Source: Eledone cirrhosa (taxonomy: Eukaryota). Taken from it: a stretch of 64,000 nucleotides of DNA. Position 1 is the stretch's first letter, and each line of letters opens with the position of its first letter. The notes below the pieces were generated by a model that had not been told where the DNA came from, did no database searches, and saw only the letters and a program-made list of their open reading frames with translations. Where the stretch lies: the NCBI GenBank assembly GCA_964016885.1, contig OZ024756.1, positions 8,556,001-8,620,000 on the forward strand, in the 5' to 3' direction. Shown here piece by piece: positions 12,374 to 23,130 of the stretch. The position numbers were made by a program, and so were the translations under genes.

Positions 12374-13019
12374 GTAAGCTATATTTACATATACACCTTA
12401 CAGTTCTCTGTAACCATATCTTCATCATTTTTGCATCTGTTTTTCCATATTTCCATTGTTTGGATTGGTCCCTTCTAACTCAGTCTCCCCCCCCCCTCCC
12501 ATTCACAGCGTCCCTTCATTATTTCCTTTGTCGAGTTTCCTGTTTTTAGGTCAACTCACTGTCATCTTTTATGTTTGTTATTCCATGCAGGCATGGGTTA
12601 GACAGGACTTCTTGAGATGACATTATACAGATGGTTCCCCTTCCTAACACCAAACTTTTTAGTTGCCTCTTACGACATCGAGTTATACAGTGTACTTATT
12701 CTAAACGACCTGGATGGGGGCAGACATACTGACAGGGACAGGGATGGGTGGGAGGACACACACATGGATGAGGGTGTTACCATAACCATTATAGGTTCTT
12801 CAACCTGACTAGGAGTAGGAAGCTGTCATTCCCTGACGTTATCTCTAGGGATACGGAATCAGTAGACAGGACCTGGGGGCAGCGATGGGGGACAGGGGAT
12901 TCTGGGGCATGAGAGTGAGATCCATCATCTCGACAGTAGTCGACGAATGATGATGATAGGTTCTTCTGTTTTCTGGAATGGAGTAAAATAACTTAAGAAA
13001 ATCCATTATCTCAAAATAG

Positions 13020-13275
13020 ATACTACCACCACTACCACTACCATCACCACCACCACCATCACTACCACTACCATCACCACTACCATCACTACCACCACCA
13101 CCATCACTACCATCACCATTACGACCACCACTACCATCCCACTACTACCATCACCACAACCACCACCATCACCACCACCACCACCACCACCACCACCACC
13201 ACCATCTACCATCACCAATATCACCACTACAACCACCATCACCACTACCACCACCTACCATCGCCACTACCATCA
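13020..13275. repeat. (ACC/ACT/ATC)n trinucleotide microsatellite
   Basis: Direct inspection. Confidence 0.9.
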
Positions 13276-13786
13276 TCATCGATGTTTTCCATATTTGCAT
13301 GGGTTTGACAGGTTGTGATGAGTCCAAGCCAGTCAGGTGACCATGTCTTGCTAATAGACTTCAGCTTGGTTTTCTATGACTGGTTACCCTTCCTAAGGCC
13401 AACTATTTTACAGTGTGTTCTAGGGGCTTTTTTGTGGCACCCCTACTATCATCTTATAGAGTGGTCTGATAGCTTTTGTTGTGGCACCTGCATTACTACC
13501 TTACAGGATAGACTGGGTGCTTTTGGTCTTGACACCTGTGCAACCACTTTAAAAGGTAGACTTGATCCTTTTCGTTGTGGCACTTGTACAACCACCTTAC
13601 AGGGTTGACTGGTTGCTTTTTTTGTTGTCACCAGCACTACCACCTTACATGGTGGACTGGGCGCTTTTTCTCGTGACACCTGTACAACCACCTTACAGGG
13701 TGGACTGGGTACTATTAGTTGTGGCACCAGTACTACACCTTACAGGGTGGACTGGGTGCTTTTTCTTCATGGCACCAGCATTTTAA

Positions 13787-13817
<31 letters not shown>

Positions 13818-14146
13818 GAAGGTTCAGTGGTTTACATATATTACTGTAAATATTGTTTAAGGCTTTATTCTTGGACTGTATTGTGTGGCCTAGTGGTAAG
13901 TGTGTTGAACTTAGGATTATAATGCCGTGGATTCAATTCCTGGACTGGGTTGTGTATTGTGTTGTTGATCAAAACACTTCATTTCCCAATGCTCCAGTAT
14001 ACTCAGTATACTGAAAATGAGTACCAGTAACGGTTGGGAGTTTAACCCTGTGATAAAAAAACTTGTATTTATTATATTCATTTAGTTTCTTCCTATTTTA
14101 CTTTGCTTTATTAAATTTGTGTATATTTATTTCCATATTTCCACAG

Positions 14147-14306
14147 TTTGCGTAAACCAGGGGAGACTTCAGCTGCCCCCGCGAAAAGTAGCATGTCGTG
14201 GTTTTCAAAACTCCTTATACTGATTGTGTTGGTCCTTCTCTTTTGGATGGTATTCATGAACTTTGAGTATCAGCCTACGATACCCAGCCTCACAAGCACC
14301 AATTAA
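14147..14306 (+). CDS. LEM-domain gene, terminal exon with transmembrane helix
   Basis: atttccacag| acceptor, phase 2; LRKPGETSAAPAKSSMSWFSKLLILIVLVLLFWMVFMNFEYQPTIPSLTSTN then TAA; AATAAA at about 14395. Confidence 0.85.
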
Positions 14307-14890
14307 ACCAACACCACTTCATAACTTCAATATCTCTACACACAGCTGCATCCCATTTTCATTTTCTTTCTTTGTTCTTTAAATTGTGGTTTAAAATAAA
14401 ATATATATAAATAATAATACAAGGACAAATGGTTACTCCTTCATTACGTTTATTGGTTGGTGACATGCGTTTCGCCAACCAATAAATGTAATGGAGTAAC
14501 CGTCCTTTCATCCTTACAGGGTCGATAAAATAAAGTACCAGTAATGTACTGGGTAATTGCTGGCCTTGTGCCAAAAGTAGAAACAATTATTATACTACAC
14601 TCTGTCAATATGGACATGAACCTAAACAGAGTGCTCACCCGGGTGAACCTACATTCATTCTGTGTTACATTCCCTGGGTATAAATGTTGTATACTCTACT
14701 AATGTATTGAGTACCTTACTTATTGTGGTTACCCCTGATTAAACCCAGGACACGTATATTTTTTTTTCGTAATGGAATGTTTTGTCCACAGTAATATCCT
14801 TTTACTTTTATTACTACATTAGTTGCCAATGGTGAATAGGGACTGTTTGTTGCAAAAATTACATGTAATATATATACAGAATGTATATAT

Positions 14891-15101
14891 AACCCTTTAG
14901 CATTTACATTACCTTGAAAATACAATAGTATATATAGAGTAAAGTCTTTACCTCACATAATATTGAATCTATGAGATTGATATTATTTATTTTGAGAACA
15001 ATACCTTAACATAAGTATGAGTGGCTAGTTATGGCTGGTTTGAACAGAAAGAGGTGAGAGCATTCTGACTGGATATGGTCGGTTTAAATGCTAAAGGGTT
15101 A
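14891..15101. mobile_element. piggyBac-type MITE
   Basis: aaccctttagcattt ... aaatgctaaagggttaa. Confidence 0.85.
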
Positions 15102-15174
15102 ATACCTATATATATATATATTACTCTTTTACTCTTTTACCTGTTTCAGCCATCCGGCTGAGGCCATGCTGGGG

Positions 15175-15246
<72 letters not shown>

Positions 15247-15551
15247 TGCATATATAACATAGTGAGGACGCATTGCTTTGTGGTTAGGGTGTTCAGACCG
15301 GATCGTGTGTTTTCCTTGAGCAAGATTGTTTTATTTCACTTTGCTCCAGTTCTGCTCAGCTGGCAAAAAGGAGTTGTCCTTGAGAACGATGTTACGGCTG
15401 CACGTCTTTTTAGAATGCTTGGACACTTACACGTTAACTTTACGAATTGGCAGCTTCGTTGATTGAATTAACTGAAGCCCTCATCATAAAAAATGACGAA
15501 GATCCCACAACAACATATAGCATATATATTTATAGTTATAGTTTCCCAGAT

Positions 15552-15740
15552 GGTTGTTGAATTTGAAAGTTCTTTCATCACACATTCTGTGACCACCTCA
15601 GTGACTACGTTTGTTGTTATTTTGTTTCTTCTTTGTTCTGTCTTACACGGTCTTGTTGATCGTAGAGACACAAAATAACAAACATAGTCACTGAGGAGGT
15701 CACAGAATGTGTGATGAAAGAACTTTGAAATTCAACAACT
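15552..15740. mobile_element. Fold-back element made of inverted Penelope terminal-repeat segments with a hammerhead core
   Basis: Arms of about 70 bp are reverse complements. The right arm has CTGAGGA-stem II-GAAA-gaac-TT (15691-15725) and matches the 3' ends at 41405 and 51137. Confidence 0.75.
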
Positions 15741-17326
15741 AAACAACCATTTTCTTTATTCCGGAGTCTTTCAGTGAGTGCCAAACTTGTTGGAACCCCT
15801 TTTTCTTCTAATGTATATAAAAGTAAAGGGAGTAGAATCTAACTCTATTGAGATTTAAATATACTGGAATATATTAATCATAATGACATCATTTATAGTA
15901 AAGAAAATATATATAACCACATATATATATATGTGTGTGTATATAAACATATGTATAAAACACACACATATATATAAACATATTGTTATTGTTTTTCCTG
16001 TTATGTTGTATTTATACATCATTGTGAAGGGCGGTGGATTGGAAGAATCAGAAGTGTTGGACAAAATGCTTTGCGGCATTTATTCTGGATCTTTACATTC
16101 TTAGTTCAAATCCTGCCGGGGTCAACTTTGCCTTTCATCCTTCAGGGGTTGATAAAATAAAGTACCAAGTAATACATGGGATCGACCTTTTATTTTTCCC
16201 CCTCGTCAGAAAACAACCGGCCTTGGCCCGGCCCTTAATTAGCTATCATCCTTTACATGCTACTCACATAACAATGTTATACATTTCACCCAGATTTAGC
16301 TTTAATACTAATCTTATAAAGAAATTTTGGTTTCCAAACAATTTTTTTTACTGTATATTCGAATAAAGATGATTTTTTTTTACAGGAAAAGATTACAATA
16401 AATTTCTTTCAGCATAGTAATTTTGTTTGTTTATTTTGTAAACTAATTAGTGTTTAGTTTTATTTTGTTTAATTAGTTCCAAATATTAAGTGGTGTATTT
16501 CATCATTTAATCTTTAGGACACTGAATTTTTTATGAATTATTTCCCTTGATGCTATAGTATGTGCTATGGGGAGATTACCCTATTGGTGACTTAATGCAT
16601 CTGGAGCCTCCAGAAGGTTAAGTTTGACATAAAATTTCTTATTCATTGTCTTTTTCATCCTAAGATGGTCATGAGGGCAGAGTCCTCTGAACGCCTTCCA
16701 GAGGATCCTACCTGAACCCACGGTCTCAGAATGATTGGATCCCCTGAGTGAGACCAACCGTTTCTCATGGTCTAACTCTAGGTCTCTTGCTAATTACTAT
16801 ATAGAATTTATGGTAACAAACATAGTGCAATGCTGATAATGGGATATGTATAAATTAGTGATTGTTGTTTGAGCTCAGATCAGCCCTGAGTTCATCCCTT
16901 TGGCTGTTATCCAACTGTCTAACTCTGCTCAGATCAGCCCAGAATTCATCCCTTTGGTTGTTATCCAACTAACTCTGGGTCTGTTGTCAGTAGGCTTTGT
17001 CCTAAAACACTATATAGAATTTATGGTAAACATTGTACAGTGCTGATAATGGAAGATGTATGAATCACTGATTGAGCCCAGATCATCCCTTAATGCAGAC
17101 CTATGATCATAAGGCATTCCAGGTTTATATCACTCTATTTTTTTATAAAGAAAGTGATTTGAAAGAATAAAGATGAGTGTTCAGAAGTACAGAAAACTGA
17201 AGAGAGCAGAAATAGTCCATTGGATTAGTGGAGTATGACACAGAGGAAGGAAGACAATGAATTACAAAGGATGATGGGAATAGAATGAGTGATGAATGGA
17301 ATGAGATGGCTGAAGTAACTGGTAAT

Positions 17327-18241
17327 TTAACCCTTTAGTGTTCAAACTGCCCGAAATCGCCCAATAACACCCACTAAAAAATCGTTCTAAAAATAAACAA
17401 ACCATCATCAAAATCTCGTCAATTCGAGATTAGGCCCTTAACACTTAATATAGTGAAAGAAGTGTTTTTTTTTGTATCAACATGGCTTATGAAAGTAGCA
17501 ATACCGACGGCATTCAGAATAAACAAGAAACAAACGATAATATTAGTGATTTATCTTCAAATGAATCTGATGTTTATATTTCTGAAATTTCATCCGACGA
17601 TGATTGTTTTGAAAGTGAAAACGAAGGAGATCTCCAGGACGCTATTGAAAATATTACAGCAACGTGGTTGAAAAATACCACACTAATATATGTTCCTGAT
17701 TTTATTCAAAATATGGTCCACAACACACATTAGCTCCCGATGCTAAAGCACTGGATTATTTCTTTTTGTTTTTACCACAAACTTTCTTTGAAGTTGTGGC
17801 AGAAGAGATTAATTGATATGCCCAACAGATTTCAAATCAAGGAAAACCCGATCTGTTTGGCAACTGACAGATGCTGCAGAAATGCAAGCATTTTTTACCG
17901 TAAATATTATGTTCGGTATAAAACAATTTCCAAGACTGGAATTACTGGAACACTGATATAAGGTTTAGTGATCCTTATATATCAAGTATTATGCCGAAAA
18001 CAACGTATTTAAAATTAAACCAGTATTTGCACCTGGTTGATACTTCAAATGCCCCTATTAATTAATTTCACCTGCCCATAAAAGTCAAATTTGACCAAAA
18101 AAAATCAGGTAAAATCATTGATATTTAAACATCTACTGACAAAATTTCAAGCCTGCACATAGAAAATTAAGAAAATTACAAACAAATAAAATTGATAACT
18201 CTCTTGAGTATGATTAACTCAAAATAATGCTAAAGGGTTAA
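17327..18241 (+). mobile_element. Internally deleted piggyBac transposon (transposase N-terminal remnant)
   Basis: TTAA-CCCTTTAG ... CTAAAGGG-TTAA ends; acidic N-terminus followed by PGBD-like peptides across broken frames (ALDYFFLFL, AEMQAFF, IMPKTTYLKLNQYLHLVD). Confidence 0.8.
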
Positions 18242-18663
18242 TGTGTTCTGTTTTGGTGCCAAGGATGAATCTTTCACAAATAAAACCAAAAGGCATCATA
18301 CACATTCTTTTTTTTTGTTTTATTTCATTTTATTTTACACATTTTACCAGAACACTTGCAATTTATCCTCAGTTCCTTTTTATATCTCTTATTAAACAAA
18401 GATATTCATTTTCTTTTCACTGAATCTCTTGCACACATTGACTTGACAATTGTTTTGAGCTTATCACTGCAAGCTTAATAAAGCTCTTACAACACCAATG
18501 TCCAAGCTATTTACAATGTTCAGATTCAGCTGAACTCAGTCCCCCCTGCCCCAGTATCCAAGCTGCTTAAAATGGTATGGGTCATCTGAGCCTTCATTAA
18601 TATCTATATAGTGAATATTCTCTAGTAATCTACCAAATTGATCAGATGGAATTTATTTCATGT

Positions 18664-18878
18664 TTAACCCTTTAAGCATTTAAACCTGCCATATCCGGCC
18701 AGAATTCTCTCACATCTTTCTGTTCAAACCAGCTGTAACCAGCCACTCATACTAATGTTAAAGTATTGTTCTCAAAATAAATATTATCAAAATCTCAGGT
18801 TCGATATTATGTGAGGTAAAGCCTTTACCATGAAAATACAATAGTAAATATAGAGTAATGTAAATGCTAAAGGGTTAA
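18664..18878. mobile_element. piggyBac-type MITE
   Basis: ttaaccctttaagcattt ... aaatgctaaagggttaa. Confidence 0.85.
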
Positions 18879-19039
18879 ATATGCTGGTAAAAACCCTACA
18901 AAAGGTAATGGAAACAAAACCCAATAAGCTAACGAAATAAACCCTGTGTATTTTGACACTATCCTAACACAGGTGTGGCTGTGTGGTAAGGAAGTTAGCC
19001 TTGCAATCCTACTATGTACCTTTCGTAAGTCTTTCCAGG

Positions 19040-19445
19040 TGATCAAAACTTTGTAAATGAGATTTGGTTGACAGAAACTGTGCGGAAGTCTGTCAGAAGG
19101 AACATTCCCATTTTTAGATGTTAGACTTAATTTACTGCCCAGTAAATTGGTCGTTAGATGCTTTTAGCATCTAAACTTGATCAAAACTTTGTAAATGAGA
19201 TTTGGTTGACAGAAACTGTGTGGAAGTCTGTCAGAAGGAACATTCCCATTTTTAGATGTTAGACTTAATTTACTGCCCAGTAAATTGGTCGTTAGATGCT
19301 TTTAGCATCTAAACTTGATCAAAACTTTGTAAATGAGATTTGGTTGACAGAAACTGTGTGGAAGTCTGTCAGAAGGAACATTCCCATTTTTAGATGTTAG
19401 ACTTAATTTACTGCCCAATAAATTGGTCGTTAGATGCTTTTAGCA
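19040..19445. repeat. Tandem repeat, 138-bp unit, about 3 copies
   Basis: gatcaaaactttgtaaatgag at 19041, 19179 and 19317. Confidence 0.9.
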
Positions 19446-19531
19446 GAGTAACCCCTCACCCCCTGTTGAAAGCCTAATTTAATATCACTTTGCTCTTAAA
19501 TATTTGTAGCAGAGTACACACTGTTGGAAGC

Positions 19532-19770
19532 ATTTGAGCCAGGTCTCTGATTAGAGAGTAACTTCTTCCCACATGTCTAATTTGAGCCGGGTCTCTGATC
19601 AGAGAGTAACTTCCTCCCACATGTCTAATTTGAGCCGGGTCTCTGATCAGAGAGTAACTTCCTCCCACATGTCTAATTTGAGCCGGGTCTCTGATCAGAG
19701 AATAACTTCCTCCCACGTGTCTAATTTGAGCCGGGTCTCTGATCAGAGATTAACTTCCTCCCACATGTCT
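19532..19770. repeat. Tandem repeat, 51-bp unit, about 4.5 copies
   Basis: tttgagccgggtctctgatcagagagtaacttcctcccacatgtctaa repeated. Confidence 0.9.
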
Positions 19771-19839
19771 CAGTTCTTCAATAAGGTCATGACTACTGTC
19801 TTTTCTGACTAATATAAAAATATTCTAAAATGGTGTGAT

Positions 19840-19877
<38 letters not shown>

Positions 19878-20084
19878 GTTCAAGTTTTATGGACATTTTT
19901 TTTGTTTGGTTTTAAGGCATGGAAAAGTAATATATATTGCTTAAGGTTACAACACACTAGCTGCTGCAGGATTGGAATTAGTGACCTCAAGAGTAGGTAT
20001 TGGCAACGCTTCTTGGAGTAGTAGGCGATGAGAGATAAGTCTCACCAAATGGTGGGTCGTACTAATAAAAAAAATTAAAGATAA

Positions 20085-20420
20085 TTTTGAATTTAGGAGT
20101 GCCAGACGTTACTCGACAGAGTGATTAGCTCAGAGATGAGAGGGTCACTCCAGGTAGAGCCACTACTTCTTCAAATTGAGAGATCACAGCTCCGATACTA
20201 TGGACATGTGGTTAGAATGTCTCAGGAAAGAATCACTGGACAGATTTTACAGGCAAAACCAACTGGTAGGAGACCCAGGGGTAGATCCTGAGCAAGATAG
20301 TTCTAGGATAACATCTATGAGCTTGGCTGGTCACACTTGAGCATATAGCTGGAGACGGGTGATTCTGAGAGGAGTGTTCCTCCACAACCCTCTCAGGAAT
20401 AAATGGGCAAGGAAGGTGTG
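20085..20420 (+). mobile_element. RTE-like LINE 3' fragment (related pieces at about 11100-11245, 52860-53015 and 57845-58240)
   Basis: IERSQLRYYGHVVRM peptide; shared ctcaggaataa 3' end. Confidence 0.7.
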
Positions 20421-21159
20421 CCAAACAGGTGGCTTGTGGCCCATGGATAGCAGTTTGCCCTAGACTACTCCAGACAGCAGTGGCTTAATGGCTTACATAT
20501 TAGACTTGCAAAGTCAGTAGTAGGTGGTGGAAGAAAGAGGGTCTTTTGAGCCCTCAAAAATCTATAACTTCCACTGCCAGCTCAGACAAGAAAATGTAAT
20601 TCCTACATCATATTTCTTTTATTCATGTATTCAGGAGTTTTAAATGGCAGTATTTCATGTTTTAATGTATTTTCAACATTGTCCCAGTATGGTCTCATCC
20701 TGTCGGAACATGTAATACAGTAATATTTGACAGTAAGCTGACCAGATCTTTTCATTAAAAGCTTCAATGCTTAAAGCTAAATTACATTCACAGCCAAGTT
20801 ATTTTCCTGCGTAACATTTTAGAGGTTAGATTTAAATGTCAATAGATACGTTGTATGTGTGTAAGTGTGATAATATGAAGGATTCAGGACCCCGATCGCT
20901 GAGCTCCTGCCATTTCAACATCTATTTCCAAAGAGTTCGGAAATAGATGTTGAAACTGCAGGGGCTCAGCCATCGGGGTCCCAAATCCTTCATATTATCA
21001 CACTTTACTGCATCCATTCTGATTTATTTATGTGTGTATATATGTATACATATGCATGTATATATATGTGTGTGTATATATATATGTATGCATATAGATA
21101 TATTTATATCATGTGATGCTGATAGACACGAGAATGAGTACTCAATACTGAAGTAGAGT

Positions 21160-21349
21160 TTGTTTCTACTTTTGGCTCCAAGGCCATCAATTATCCCAGT
21201 GTATTACTAGTACTTTATTTTATTGATCCCGTAAGAATGAAAGGCAAAGCTACGCTCGGCAGGATTTGAATTCAGACCTCAAAGGGCCATAACTCTATAC
21301 TGCAAAGCATGGTGTCCGACCCTCTACCGATACTACCAATCCACTGCCA
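21160..21349 (-). mobile_element. SINE family B inserted into a fold-back element, with target-site duplication tagagttt
   Basis: tagagttt on both sides; the uninterrupted host copy is at 45370-45547. Confidence 0.75.
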
Positions 21350-21683
21350 TAGAGTTTATATAATTCTTTATTATGGCTAAGCGGTGTTACTCTGGAGTTT
21401 CACCTGTCTACCCACAGTGTCATCAAGTACAACTCTTACCTGATGATCTTGACAGGTGAAACTCCAGAGTAACAACACTCAGCCCTTTGCCATAACGAAG
21501 AATTATATATATATGTATATATATATGTATGTATATAGGTATATATATATATATATATATGTGTGTGTATATATATATATGTGTGTGTGTATATATATAT
21601 ATGTGTGTGTGTATATATATATATGTGTGTGTATATAAATATATGTGTGTGTATGTATATATATATATATATGTATATACTTA

Positions 21684-21715
<32 letters not shown>

Positions 21716-21741
21716 CATATATGTATATGTATGTATATATA

Positions 21742-21787
<46 letters not shown>

Positions 21788-22026
21788 GTTTGTCCTTCAT
21801 CAGTGGTCTTCCAACCATCACAGGCATTTCATCGCTTTAAAGACCATGGTTGGAAGACCACTGACGAAGGACAAACTTTTTTCATATGTAACCCATTTGT
21901 AACGCTGCAGCGCCATTATTATCATATATATATATATATATATATATACGAACTTGCATTGTACTGGCTTTTTCCCAAACAATCCTAACCATATAATATA
22001 ATATAATTCTATTTTTTTTTTCTTTC

Positions 22027-22710
22027 CTAGTAACTTTTCCTAATCCGTGTTTTAACTATATCCATTAAGGAGCAATTATTTTCCGTAATAACTCCCTGTT
22101 TTCTCATCTTCTCAAGCTGTGCTTCCATATTTCTTTTGTCCTTGCCTAAAGTCCAGCAGACTCTGATGGAGAGCTGTAGCAGAGCAATATAGATAGCATT
22201 GTCTACAATGTCAAAATTTTGCATGCAGTTGAGTGCTGTCTCTGCATATCTGTGAGCCATGTAAGGTTTATCCAGTTGATGATAACATGCAGCTAAAGCA
22301 CACAAAGTCAACATAACATCAGGGTGGACATCTGAATGTACCTTCTCTTGGATGGGGAGATATTTTTCCATCAGTGGAATTGCCTGAGAGTATTTACAGT
22401 CGTTTATGAGGCTATAGGCGGTCTGAAGTTCTTTACGGTAGAAAAAATTGGCAAAATCTTCAGAATTTCGTATTTCAGAAATGGAAAAAATGTGAGTGAG
22501 ATATTGTTCGAATGCTCTACTACGCCGAGCAATTGTCTCGCTGGTGAAATTACCAGTCAGAAGTTTTTTAGGGAAGAACATGTCTTCCATCTTATGGGGG
22601 AGTTTCTTTTTTAACCTGTGATGAAGTTTGGCAAAATCAGAATAACGTTTCTCGATCATGGTAGGCATTTTATCAATGCCAGAATTCTTGCTGATTAGTA
22701 CGGTATACAT
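22027..22710 (-). CDS. SNX21: Sorting nexin 20/21-like, terminal exon (PX domain and helical TPR-like PXB region)
   Basis: 227-codon open exon with PX signatures (IEKRYSDFAKLH, FPKKLLTGNF, IARRSRAFEQYL) followed by TPR-like helices; acceptor cttgtag| directly before the ATG codon; TAG stop. Confidence 0.9.
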   Translation of the reverse strand: MYTVLISKNSGIDKMPTMIEKRYSDFAKLHHRLKKKLPHKMEDMFFPKKLLTGNFTSETIARRSRAFEQYLTHIFSISEIRNSEDFANFFYRKELQTAYSLINDCKYSQAIPLMEKYLPIQEKVHSDVHPDVMLTLCALAACYHQLDKPYMAHRYAETALNCMQNFDIVDNAIYIALLQLSIRVCWTLGKDKRNMEAQLEKMRKQGVITENNCSLMDIVKTRIRKSY

Positions 22711-23130
22711 CTACAAGTAAAACAAGAAAACAATTGAAATATTTCTAATTTAGGCATCTTTGTTTGGCATTTTGTTTTTATTGCAGGGTTGGGGGAAAAG
22801 TTGATTATATCAACCCCAGTATGTGGGTCAGCACCGGCCTGGGGAACCTCCGGGCTAGGGTTAGGGTTAGACTTTGGTGAACCATACCAACGCATGCTTT
22901 GTGGGTAAACTGTGAAGAGTGAAATGGAGTCCCTAAGACTGTGATGTCTAAAATGCTGAGTGACCACCACATAGTCACTGAGGGTTATTTTATCTTAGTT
23001 CTGACAATTCCTTCAACAATACTAATGTCAAGTTATGGGCGCTGGCTAATATATGAGGCTCGGCTGACCAACATACTCTCAGGGAATGACCAAATGAGGT
23101 TTATTTTTCAACTTATTCCCTGGAATATAG

